Part shown: in pieces, positions 46,358 through 54,764 of the stretch | Layout: each line of letters begins with the position of its first letter | How positions within the stretch are numbered: position 1 is the stretch's first letter | Assembly (NCBI GenBank): GCA_947630395.1 | Contig: CANRHK010000001.1 | Coordinates: forward strand, 2,708-66,707 | Length of the DNA stretch: 64,000 nt | Direction: 5' to 3' | Origin: an uncultured Oscillospiraceae bacterium | GTDB lineage: Bacteria > Bacillota > Clostridia > Oscillospirales > Oscillospiraceae | Program-made: the position numbers and the translations under genes | Notes under the pieces: generated by a model | What the model was told of the DNA's origin: nothing | Seen by the model: the letters and a program-made list of their open reading frames with translations, nothing else | Databases searched by the model: none

Positions 46358-47416
46358 CTATGCCCTGCGGGAGAGCGCGATCATCTTTTCCGCGATGCGG
46401 CCGGCGCCCTTGCCGTCCGTCATCGCCCTCTCCTTTTCATAACACATGTTTCTTTTGCTTTTATCCCTGCAGAACTCCTCCGCCAGCCCGCACATTCTCT
46501 CCAGGGTCCCCTCGGCGTCCCGATGAAAGGCCCCCGCATAGCCCGCGATGGCGTGCTCTCCCACGTAGCGGGCCAGCCGCTCCTGGTTTTCGGCACAGGA
46601 GAAACAGATCAAAGGCACACCCACGGCCGCCAGCTCATAGACCGTAGTGCCCCCCGCCGTGACCGCAAGGTCGCAGCGTTTCATCAGGCCCGCCATATCC
46701 TCCACATCCTGGTGCAGAAACAGGTTGGCGCAAGACGCCGCCCGCTGTCTCCAGGCATCCACATGGGGATGAAATTGCCCAATTATTAAATGATAATTTA
46801 ACTTTCTGCTATCCGTTGTATCCGTCTGCAGGTTCCTATCCCCCGTCAGACGCTCCCAAATGCGTCCCGCGATATCGGCCGCATCGCCGCCGCCCACAGT
46901 AATCAGCACCTCCCGCACCCGATCCCTCACCTCATAGGAAACACCGGTAAACTGCGGCCTTAAAGGCACATATCGGGCGCCTGCATAACACATGGTATTT
47001 TTATTTTGGTAAAGCTCCTGATAGGTCTCCTCCTCCGCGAAGGCGTTATAATTGACCACCGCGTCCACCGGAAAGACGTCCTCCCCCATGTCGTCCAAAA
47101 GGATCGTCCGTCCGATGCGCCCGAGAGCCTTCAGATAGTCCTTTGTCACATAGTAACTGTCTATTAAAATAACGCATGATTTTTTATGAAATTCTTCCCA
47201 TGCCGGAAGCTCCATTTCCAGGTCGCGGTAATCCGTCCCCAGCGCGCGCGCCGCAAACCCATGACGTTTTGCCAATTCCGCCGATCTCTCGTCCGCGCAC
47301 AAAAACAGGATTTCCTCCCGTCCCGTCTCATGGGCAAGCGCATCCGCTATCGTCAGGCAGCGCATCAGATGCCCCGCTCCGATCTTTGCATTGCCGTCCG
47401 CCCGAATCACATACAT
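46358..47416 (-). CDS. pseG: UDP-2,4-diacetamido-2,4,6-trideoxy-beta-L-altropyranose hydrolase
   Basis: The N-terminus MYVIRADGNAKIGAGHLMRCLTIADAL is typical of PseG, with a GT-B-like C-terminal half. It sits among other pse genes. Confidence 0.78.
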   Translation of the reverse strand: MYVIRADGNAKIGAGHLMRCLTIADALAHETGREEILFLCADERSAELAKRHGFAARALGTDYRDLEMELPAWEEFHKKSCVILIDSYYVTKDYLKALGRIGRTILLDDMGEDVFPVDAVVNYNAFAEEETYQELYQNKNTMCYAGARYVPLRPQFTGVSYEVRDRVREVLITVGGGDAADIAGRIWERLTGDRNLQTDTTDSRKLNYHLIIGQFHPHVDAWRQRAASCANLFLHQDVEDMAGLMKRCDLAVTAGGTTVYELAAVGVPLICFSCAENQERLARYVGEHAIAGYAGAFHRDAEGTLERMCGLAEEFCRDKSKRNMCYEKERAMTDGKGAGRIAEKMIALSRRA

Positions 47417-47612
47417 CCGCTATCGTCCTCGCTTTTCTGTCTCTTTTCTATCTCTTCCCTGTCTTTCTTCTATCTCGTTCCTGTCTCTCTTTGGTCTTTT
47501 CCTTGTCTCTCTTCCGTCTCTTCCCTGTCTCTTCTCCGTCTCTTTTCTGTCTTTCTTCTATCTCTTTCCTGTTTCTCTTCGGTCTTTCTTCTATCTCTCC
47601 TCTGCCTCTTCC
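47417..47612 (-). repeat. 196-nt polypurine (mRNA sense) degenerate tandem repeat between pseI and pseG
   Basis: The plus strand is almost pure pyrimidine. The unit gtctttcttctatctc recurs at 47461, 47549 and 47581, with a related copy (ctgtctcttttctatctc) near 47438. Overall this gives roughly six units of about 30-32 nt. The tract fills the whole pseI-pseG gap. Confidence 0.85.
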
Positions 47613-48677
47613 TCACTGCCCCTCAAAATCTACCAGATCCCAGCTCATGGGCGTTCCCAGCTTTGCGTCCCTCTTGATCCGCTTGCCCAGAAGCTCCTCA
47701 TAATATTTGGTGTGCAGTCCGTTTGCGGGCCTCACGGAACGGAGATTCTCCGGCGTAAAGATGTCGCCCGCCTTCATATCCTTCGCCACAAACAGGGAGC
47801 GGGAGTGCTCCCGTTCCTTTGTCTGCCCGAAAGTCAAATCGTAAGTTACCTTTCCCAGAGCCTTCTCGATGATACGGATATTCTCCACCATCTCCCGAAA
47901 CTCCTCCGGCTCCATGGAAAATGCGGCATCCGCTCCGCCGTCCGCCCTTCTCAGCGTCAGATGCTTCTCCACCATCCTCGCCCCCAGCGCCACGGCGGCT
48001 CCCGCCACCGCGGTCCCCATGGAGTGGTCGGAGAGTCCGGTAAGGCATCCGAAGGTCTCCCCCATGGAGGGGATCGTCCTCAAATTGATATCCTCGTAGG
48101 GAGTGGGATAGGCGGAGCAGCATTTGAGCAGAATGACATCCTCATTCCCCTCCTCCTTGCAGGTGGCAAGGGCCAGCTCGATGTCCGCAAGACGCGCAAC
48201 TCCCGTGGCAAGGATCATGGGCTTTCCCAGCCTTGCGATCTTTCGGATCAGAGGGATATCGGTGATCTCAAAGGACGCGATCTTATAGGCCGGCACGTTC
48301 ATCTCCTCGAGAAAGTCCACCGAGCTGGGGTCAAAGGGGGAGGAAAAGAAAAGCAGTCCCATCTCCTCCGCGATCTTCTGCAGTCTGGGCTGCCACTCCC
48401 AGGGCGTGTACGCCTGCTCGTACAGCTTGTGGAGCGTGGTGCCGTCCCACAGCGTCCCTTGCGTGATCTGAAAACAGGGGTCCTCACAGTCCAGCGTGAT
48501 CGTGTCAGCCGTATAGGTTTGAATTTTGACGGCGTCCGCTCCCGCATCCCTGGCCGCCCGCAGGATCTCTACCGCCACGTCAAAGTCCATTCGATGATTG
48601 GCGGACATCTCCGCCACGATCAATGTGGGCGACGTCTCGCTGATGATACGGTTTCCGATTCTGATCTCCTTGTTCAT
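47613..48677 (-). CDS. pseI: Pseudaminic acid synthase (NeuB family)
   Basis: The N-terminus is PTLIVAEMSANH. It has a TIM-barrel NeuB pattern and a C-terminal SAF domain (VAKDMKAGDIFTPENLRSVRP). It is 354 aa. Confidence 0.88.
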   Translation of the reverse strand: MNKEIRIGNRIISETSPTLIVAEMSANHRMDFDVAVEILRAARDAGADAVKIQTYTADTITLDCEDPCFQITQGTLWDGTTLHKLYEQAYTPWEWQPRLQKIAEEMGLLFFSSPFDPSSVDFLEEMNVPAYKIASFEITDIPLIRKIARLGKPMILATGVARLADIELALATCKEEGNEDVILLKCCSAYPTPYEDINLRTIPSMGETFGCLTGLSDHSMGTAVAGAAVALGARMVEKHLTLRRADGGADAAFSMEPEEFREMVENIRIIEKALGKVTYDLTFGQTKEREHSRSLFVAKDMKAGDIFTPENLRSVRPANGLHTKYYEELLGKRIKRDAKLGTPMSWDLVDFEGQ

Positions 48678-48691
48678 AGCGCTCCTCTCCT

Positions 48692-49237
48692 CTACGCAAA
48701 CGCAATCCTGTCATATTTTTTGGTTCCGCGCACCTCTCTCCAGCGCTCTGCCGTCATCCGCATATAGGTCACGTCGTAATAGACGCCCCCCTTGCACACA
48801 TGGTTCTTTTTTTCCTCCACGATCTCACAGCCGCAAAGCCTGTGAAGCGCAATGACGCCCTGGTTCAAGGTAAACACATCCCCATATACCGCCTGCTTTT
48901 TCAGCCCGTCAAACACATAGTCGTACAGGCTCATTTCCAGCGAGAGCGCCGTCCTCATGCTGCGCAGCCGCTTCTCGCCCACATAATATGCCCAGCCCAG
49001 CTCCCCCGAGGGCTTTGTGAGTCCGGTGAGATTGATGACCCCCGCGGGTTCCCCGTCTACCGAGATCAGCCAGTAGCGCACATCCTCGTTTGCCCGAAGC
49101 GCCGCGAGCCATTTCCGCTGTCCCTCCAGGGTCAGCTTCGGATCGGTGTTCATATACCGCGTGATGTCCGGATCCATTCTCCAGCGCATGATATTTTCCA
49201 GATCCGCCTCCTGTATTTCCCGCAATGTCACTCCCAT
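48692..49237 (-). CDS. pseH: GNAT N-acetyltransferase, PseH-like
   Basis: LREIQEADLENIMRWRMDPDITRYM...QRKWL resembles PseH. It is 181 aa and lies between the ACP gene and pseI. Confidence 0.7.
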   Translation of the reverse strand: MGVTLREIQEADLENIMRWRMDPDITRYMNTDPKLTLEGQRKWLAALRANEDVRYWLISVDGEPAGVINLTGLTKPSGELGWAYYVGEKRLRSMRTALSLEMSLYDYVFDGLKKQAVYGDVFTLNQGVIALHRLCGCEIVEEKKNHVCKGGVYYDVTYMRMTAERWREVRGTKKYDRIAFA

Positions 49238-49286
49238 CTGCCTTCACCTCGCCTTCCTCCTGCCGTCCGCTCTTTTCGGCGCCCTG

Positions 49287-49505
49287 TCACACGCCTGCCT
49301 TCTCAAAGAGCTCCCTCACGCCCGAAAGCTCAACGGCCTCCTCCAGGGGGATCGACACGCCCAGCCGGCTCTCCAGCTCTCCGATAATCATAACGTGCGC
49401 CAGGGAATCCCACTGTTCGACCTCCGAGATCTCCGTGTCCTCCGTAATGGTTCCGGCAGGCACCTTCAAAAGCTCCTCGATCAGAGCGATGATTTTCTCT
49501 CTCAT
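49287..49505 (-). CDS. Acyl carrier protein
   Basis: 72 aa, with the phosphopantetheine-site context EQWDSLAHVMIIGELE (DSL). The SD is TAGGAGAA. Confidence 0.8.
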   Translation of the reverse strand: MREKIIALIEELLKVPAGTITEDTEISEVEQWDSLAHVMIIGELESRLGVSIPLEEAVELSGVRELFEKAGV

Positions 49506-49515
49506 CCGATTTCTC

Positions 49516-51171
49516 CTACCTTTCTTTTCCTCTTTCTCCCTCTTCCCTCTCTACATAATACACCCTTCGGGGGGCCTTTGCGATCTCTATCTCATAGACC
49601 GCCCCTCCCCCGGGCGCTTCCCCCACTCTATGGTATCCCGCCTGCCCGTAAAGCCCCTGAACGGGCTTGTTCTTGAGCGTGGGCAGATAGCTTCCCCGCA
49701 GCCTTTCAAATCCGGAGGCCAGCAGATCCCGCTCCACATCCTCCAGAATGGCGTACTCGATATTCCTTCCCATCACCCGACAGCTCATGGCAAACTCCTC
49801 CACCTCGGGGATCTCTCCCCCAAGATCCACGATGACCGCCGCGATCACGCCGCTGTCCCCAAAGCGGTCCGCCGCCTGATACAGGTACACGCGACGGCTC
49901 TCATCCTCCAGCGTCTGCAATATCTGGGCCTGTGTGTATCGCCTGGTCGTCAGGTTGAACTGGTTGGTCTTGTTCACCAGCTGGGTCAGGCGCTCCACCT
50001 GAGAGGCGGGCTCCACCCGCCGCAGGGTGATGTGCAGTTGCTCCAGATACGCCTCAAAGCTTCCCGAGGCGCTCTTCAGCCGGGCGCGCTCTGCGTTCGC
50101 GGCATACTGCCTGGTCTTGTCCCCATCCTCATCGGTGAGCGCCGCCTTCTCAAAAAAGCGGCGATAGATCTCCACCATAGCCCCCGCCAGCTCCTCCGGT
50201 CTTTCGGGAAAATCCGGCACCTCCACCTGGGGGAGAAGCTCCTTTACCAGCGCCCGCTCCGCGGGATGATCGTCAAAGAACACAAAGGAGTCCAGCCCCA
50301 GGTTCAGCTCTTTTGCGATTTCGGCAATATTCTCATGCTTCGGCTCCCAGTTGATCCTCTGGGCGGCAAAATGCTCCGGCTTAAGCACCATATGGGGATG
50401 ATGGGCCAGAATCCCCTGTACATCCTCCGCATTATTCTTGGACACGATCCCAAGGAGCACGCCCTGTCTCTGCATCTGCAGGAGCACTCTCTGGAGATTT
50501 TTGTACGCCAGACCGCTTTTCTCCTCGGACAGAGTGATCGGCGTATGGTCCGCCTCCCCCGCCAGGCCGCCCCACAGCGTGTTGTCCAGATCCAGAAGCA
50601 GCACCTTTTTGGGGGTGCGCCCCTCCACCTTTGCCAGATGGCGGATACACCTGCAGAGACTCTCCTGGGCCTCGCTGCTCAACAGGATCTTCCCCAAATA
50701 CCACATTTTCAGCGAAAACGCCCTCTCCTCCCCCAACGCTTCTATCAGGCGGCGATAGGGCAGGATCCGCACGTTCGCATGTTCCCTCACACAGCGCGCA
50801 AGGCGCTCCTGCCAGATCCCCTCCAGGGCCGCCTTCCTTCCGGTATCGTGTACGGCCCCCAGCTCTATCCCCCACAGATACGCGTCCGAAATATAATAAA
50901 TAACATCCGTTTTTATGCAGCCTTCCAGGTCGGAAAACCAGCGCTCCACCGGCTCTGCGGCGCGCTCCGGATCCAGCTCGTGCCCTGTAAGCTCCATCAG
51001 ATCCTCCACGAGGAAGGTGATGTCCGGCGCAAAGGCGTGGTAGGAGGATGACGGATTTAGCAGCGTCCCCAGCTCGTTCCCGTACCCTTCCGCCTCGTAC
51101 ACCGAAAAATCCTCCTTGAGCCTGCGGATCACAAAGTCCATATTCACATTGGAAAGCAGCGCAATCTTCAT
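49516..51171 (-). CDS. FkbH-like HAD-IIIC family protein with C-terminal GNAT-like domain
   Basis: It carries the HAD motif I LLLDLDNTLWGG and the fold order typical of FkbH-like proteins. The C-terminal part is acyltransferase-like (VIAAVIVDLGG...FAMSCRVMGRNIE). The ATG is at 51171. Confidence 0.75.
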   Translation of the reverse strand: MKIALLSNVNMDFVIRRLKEDFSVYEAEGYGNELGTLLNPSSSYHAFAPDITFLVEDLMELTGHELDPERAAEPVERWFSDLEGCIKTDVIYYISDAYLWGIELGAVHDTGRKAALEGIWQERLARCVREHANVRILPYRRLIEALGEERAFSLKMWYLGKILLSSEAQESLCRCIRHLAKVEGRTPKKVLLLDLDNTLWGGLAGEADHTPITLSEEKSGLAYKNLQRVLLQMQRQGVLLGIVSKNNAEDVQGILAHHPHMVLKPEHFAAQRINWEPKHENIAEIAKELNLGLDSFVFFDDHPAERALVKELLPQVEVPDFPERPEELAGAMVEIYRRFFEKAALTDEDGDKTRQYAANAERARLKSASGSFEAYLEQLHITLRRVEPASQVERLTQLVNKTNQFNLTTRRYTQAQILQTLEDESRRVYLYQAADRFGDSGVIAAVIVDLGGEIPEVEEFAMSCRVMGRNIEYAILEDVERDLLASGFERLRGSYLPTLKNKPVQGLYGQAGYHRVGEAPGGGAVYEIEIAKAPRRVYYVEREEGERGKER

Positions 51172-51215
51172 TCTGTCTTCTCCGTTTCCCGCTGTCACTC
51201 AGACTGTTTTTCAGA

Positions 51216-51953
51216 CTATTTTTCTGTCTGTTTTTCAGGCTGTTTTTCAGGCTGTTTCTCAACCTGTCTCTCCGCCATCAGGCGGTATTTTATCTCCGCG
51301 ATCTCCCAGTCCGTCTCACTGTCTATGTCCTGGACCTCCAGCTCGGGCACCACGAGGGGCAGGATGTTTCCCACCATAAGCCTGCGGTTTTCCTGAAAGG
51401 CTTTTGTCCGAAACACATAAAACTGACCGGCGTCGTGATAATGCGGCTCCAGATCCTGGGAACGGCTGTCCAGATACTCGGGATATTCAAACACGAGACG
51501 CCCCTCCCTTACGATCAGCGCCCTCTGGGGCGGGTAGGAGAAGGCTACCACCGGTATCAGCGTATCCGCGTCGCTTTCCGAAAGCCGCTTCAGCGCATCC
51601 GAGAGCTTTCGGGCCGTCACAAAGGGCGCCGTGGGATAAATGCAGCAGCCCAGATCAAAGCGCTCCCCTCGTTTTTCATACTCCGAGAGCACCTCCAGCA
51701 GCACATCGTTGGTAGTGGCGAAATCGCCGGCGGTCTCCCCGCTCCGAAAGAAAGGCACCTCGGCGCCATAGCGCTCCGCCACACCGGCGATCTCCTCATC
51801 GTCCGTGGACACCATCACGGTGTCGAACGCGCCGGAGTCCACCGCCGCCTCTATGGAATAGGCCAGGATCGGCTTGCCGCAAAATTCCTTGATATTCTTG
51901 CGGGGAATACGCTTGCTCCCTCCCCTTGCCGTGATAATCGCGATCTTTTTCAT
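51216..51953 (-). CDS. pseF: Pseudaminic acid cytidylyltransferase (CMP-NeuAc synthetase family)
   Basis: The N-terminus is MKKIAIITARGGSKRIPRKNIKEFCGKPILAYSI. ATG 51953 overlaps the upstream stop as ATGA. The protein ends in an EKQPEKQPEKQTEK tail. Confidence 0.85.
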   Translation of the reverse strand: MKKIAIITARGGSKRIPRKNIKEFCGKPILAYSIEAAVDSGAFDTVMVSTDDEEIAGVAERYGAEVPFFRSGETAGDFATTNDVLLEVLSEYEKRGERFDLGCCIYPTAPFVTARKLSDALKRLSESDADTLIPVVAFSYPPQRALIVREGRLVFEYPEYLDSRSQDLEPHYHDAGQFYVFRTKAFQENRRLMVGNILPLVVPELEVQDIDSETDWEIAEIKYRLMAERQVEKQPEKQPEKQTEK

Positions 51954-52996
51954 CGTATGCCTCCCTTTCCGGACGCCCGCGCCATAAACCTGCGAAGCGC
52001 CCATCTCCCGTGATAGACCAGCCAGAAGAGAAGATCGGACCGCCCCTGAAGAGCGATCATTTCCTGCTCCTCGGCTCCGGTGAGCTCCCGATAATAAGGG
52101 TTGTCCGCAAAATCCGGAAACCGCTCCAGGACCCCTCTTCTAAGCTCCCGCACAAAGGAGAGCCGGGGCCTCTTCACGCCGGATAGATAGGAAAACAGCG
52201 TGATCACATAAAAAAGCTCCGTAAACCGGTACTCTATCTCCCTCTCATACTCCGGCAAAAACCCTCGGGTCCGGCACTCCTCATAGAGAAGCGCCCCCGC
52301 GCGCATACGGTCCCTGCACGTTTCCTCCGTGATGTGATGCACCGTGGAGACGGCGTGCTGATAATAATAGTACAGCGGTTCCTCCACCCTCTCAAAGTGC
52401 GTAAAATACAGCGACCATACCGGCCCGGCGCAGTTGTCCTCATAGAAGATCCCCTCCGGAAAGGAAAGCCGGTTTTCGCGGATCACATCGTGCCTGTAGA
52501 TTTTGACGACCATACTGCCGGGGCGCATCAAAAGCTTTTTGTGCCGCTCTTTGTCCAGCACGCCGGTCTGGTCCGCCGAGTTGTTCCGCACCACCTTTCC
52601 CACCTGAAAGGTGTGCTCCTCCACCAGGCTGTAGTCGCAGCCCACCAGGTCTGCTCCGGTCTCTCCCGCTCTCGCCAAAAGCTTCTCATAGCAGTCCGGC
52701 GCCACCCAGTCGTCGCTGTCCACAAAGCCGATCCACTCCCCCTGGGCGGCCCGCAGGCCCACATTCTTGGCCCCGCCCTGCCGCCTGTTCTCCTCACAGC
52801 AGATCACTCTCACCCGATCCGGATATCTCGCCCCGTAATCCCGCAGGATCTCGGGAGAGCCGTCCGTGGAGGCGTCGTCCACCGCCAGGATCTCATAGTC
52901 CTCTATCGTCTGGTTCAACAGAGAATCCATACAAAAATTCAGTTTTCCGTCCGCCGCCATATTGTACACCGGCACGATCACGCTCAATTTCTTCAT
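51950..52996 (-). CDS. Family 2 glycosyltransferase
   Basis: LSVIVPVYNMAADGKLNFCMDSLLNQTIEDYEILAVDDASTDGS, then VDSDD (DxD). Confidence 0.85.
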   Translation of the reverse strand: MKKLSVIVPVYNMAADGKLNFCMDSLLNQTIEDYEILAVDDASTDGSPEILRDYGARYPDRVRVICCEENRRQGGAKNVGLRAAQGEWIGFVDSDDWVAPDCYEKLLARAGETGADLVGCDYSLVEEHTFQVGKVVRNNSADQTGVLDKERHKKLLMRPGSMVVKIYRHDVIRENRLSFPEGIFYEDNCAGPVWSLYFTHFERVEEPLYYYYQHAVSTVHHITEETCRDRMRAGALLYEECRTRGFLPEYEREIEYRFTELFYVITLFSYLSGVKRPRLSFVRELRRGVLERFPDFADNPYYRELTGAEEQEMIALQGRSDLLFWLVYHGRWALRRFMARASGKGGIR

Positions 52997-54741
52997 AGGC
53001 TGCCCCGTTCTATCAAAGCCTTTCCGTTCTCCACCCGATATACGATATCACATTTCTCTATGGTCTGCAGTCTGTGGGCGATAATAATGAGGGTCTTTTT
53101 CCCGTGCAGCCGGTTGATGGACTCCATGATCGCCGCCTCCGTATCGTTGTCCAGCGCGGAGGTCGCCTCGTCCAGAACCAGCACCTCCGGGTCGTTATAG
53201 AGAGCCCGGGCAATACCGATCCTCTGCCTCTGGCCGCCGGACAGGCGGATGCCCCGCTCCCCGATGCCGGTATCCAGCCCCTCGGGCAGCGTCCGTATAA
53301 ATTCGTCCAGCTGCGCCTCTCTGAGCACCTCCCACAGCCTGTCCTCGTCGATCCGGTCCTCCGGCACGCCGAACGCCACGTTCCTGCGGATGGTGTCGTC
53401 CAGCATAAATATCATCTGGGGGATATAGCCGATGTTTTTCAGCCAGGCCCGATACGCCTCCTTCACATTCCTGCCGTCCGCCAGGATCACGCCCTCCTTT
53501 ACCTCCAGCAGCCCCAGGAGAATATCCACCACCGTGCTCTTGCCGGCTCCGGAGGTCCCCACGATCCCCACGGATTTGCCCACGGGAACCACCAGATCCG
53601 CGTGGTCAAAGATCAGCTTCTCCGTATTGGGGTAAGCGTACGTGATCCCCTTCAGCTCGATCCGGCTCTGCACCGGAAGCTTCTCATCGTCGTCGGTGGC
53701 AAAGGACAGATCCACCTTAGCGGCTCCAATCTCATCCTGCAGATTGTCGCTGACCCCCATAAAAAAGGGCTCAAAGTAGGCGATCGAGTTGATCTGGTTG
53801 TTGATGCGGTTGATGCTGGGAAGCAGCACAAAGGCCGCCGCCGCAAGGGTGCTGAACACATTCAGCATATTCTCCGCGGGGACCCCCGTCGCCACCAGGA
53901 AGATCATATAGCCCACCATCGTCGCCACGCAGACGGTCTCGATCAGCAGCTTGGGAATATTGTTGTAAAGGCTGTACCGCTGCACCGCATCCACATACCC
54001 CTTGCCGCACTTGCGGTACTCGGCCACGAAATACTGTTCCTTGCAGGCGATCTTCACCTCCTTGATCCCCTGGACCGTCTGGGAGATCCACTTAAACAAA
54101 CCGCTGTAATAGTCCTGATTGTCCTTGCCCGCCTTGTACATGATGGGCTTTAACACCTTCTTCACCACCAGCATGAGCACGATGAGCACCACGGCCAGGA
54201 TCATGGTCATAGCGCCGTTGCTGAACAGGCAGTAGGCGATGATAAAGAGGGACACCACGCCGTCCGACAGCATCTGCAAAAGCGCCAGGATCAGCGCGTA
54301 CATATTGTTCACGTCGGAGGTGATGCTCCTCTGCACCACCGCCGTATCGGCGTTTAGATAAAACTCATAACCCCTGCGCAGATAATTCCGCATCATGCGC
54401 TCGGAGGTGCGAAACTGGTTGGTGTAAACGAACGCAAGCGTCAGCTTCTGCTGCACATAGAGAAACGTATTCTTCACCACAAAGACCAGGATCAAAAGAA
54501 CCATGACCCAGATGGAGAAGGAGCGGTAATCCCTGGCGCCCATCAGCTCATAAGCCCTGGCCACCAGGCGGCTTTCCTGCATAGCCTGTGGATTGATGGC
54601 CATTTGGACCACCTCCACCAAAAGCCCCACGCCCGCGGTCTGGAGAAAGGCTCCGACGATCATGAGAAAGATCAGGCCCACCATGGTGCGCTTTTGTTTT
54701 TTATCCAATAAAACCCGTAGTTTTCTTAAAATTTGTAACAT
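52993..54741 (-). CDS. ABC exporter, fused permease/ATPase half-transporter (MsbA/PglK-like)
   Basis: Six TM helices, then Walker A GTSGAGKST, signature LSGGQRQR and Walker B LVLDEATSALD. Its stop overlaps the next start. Confidence 0.88.
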   Translation of the reverse strand: MLQILRKLRVLLDKKQKRTMVGLIFLMIVGAFLQTAGVGLLVEVVQMAINPQAMQESRLVARAYELMGARDYRSFSIWVMVLLILVFVVKNTFLYVQQKLTLAFVYTNQFRTSERMMRNYLRRGYEFYLNADTAVVQRSITSDVNNMYALILALLQMLSDGVVSLFIIAYCLFSNGAMTMILAVVLIVLMLVVKKVLKPIMYKAGKDNQDYYSGLFKWISQTVQGIKEVKIACKEQYFVAEYRKCGKGYVDAVQRYSLYNNIPKLLIETVCVATMVGYMIFLVATGVPAENMLNVFSTLAAAAFVLLPSINRINNQINSIAYFEPFFMGVSDNLQDEIGAAKVDLSFATDDDEKLPVQSRIELKGITYAYPNTEKLIFDHADLVVPVGKSVGIVGTSGAGKSTVVDILLGLLEVKEGVILADGRNVKEAYRAWLKNIGYIPQMIFMLDDTIRRNVAFGVPEDRIDEDRLWEVLREAQLDEFIRTLPEGLDTGIGERGIRLSGGQRQRIGIARALYNDPEVLVLDEATSALDNDTEAAIMESINRLHGKKTLIIIAHRLQTIEKCDIVYRVENGKALIERGSL

Positions 54742-54764
54742 GAAAGCTCCTTTTCGCCCGACGC

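Noticed and set aside
47417-47612. CRISPR array or coding region in the polypyrimidine repeat, including plus-strand ORFs 47176-47703, 47186-47677 and the start of 47391-48767
   Set aside because: The repeats are degenerate and contiguous with no unique spacers, so this is not a CRISPR array. The plus-strand ORFs translate to L/S/F-only strings. The open frame after the pseI stop is expected by chance, because the tract has almost no T in the mRNA sense.
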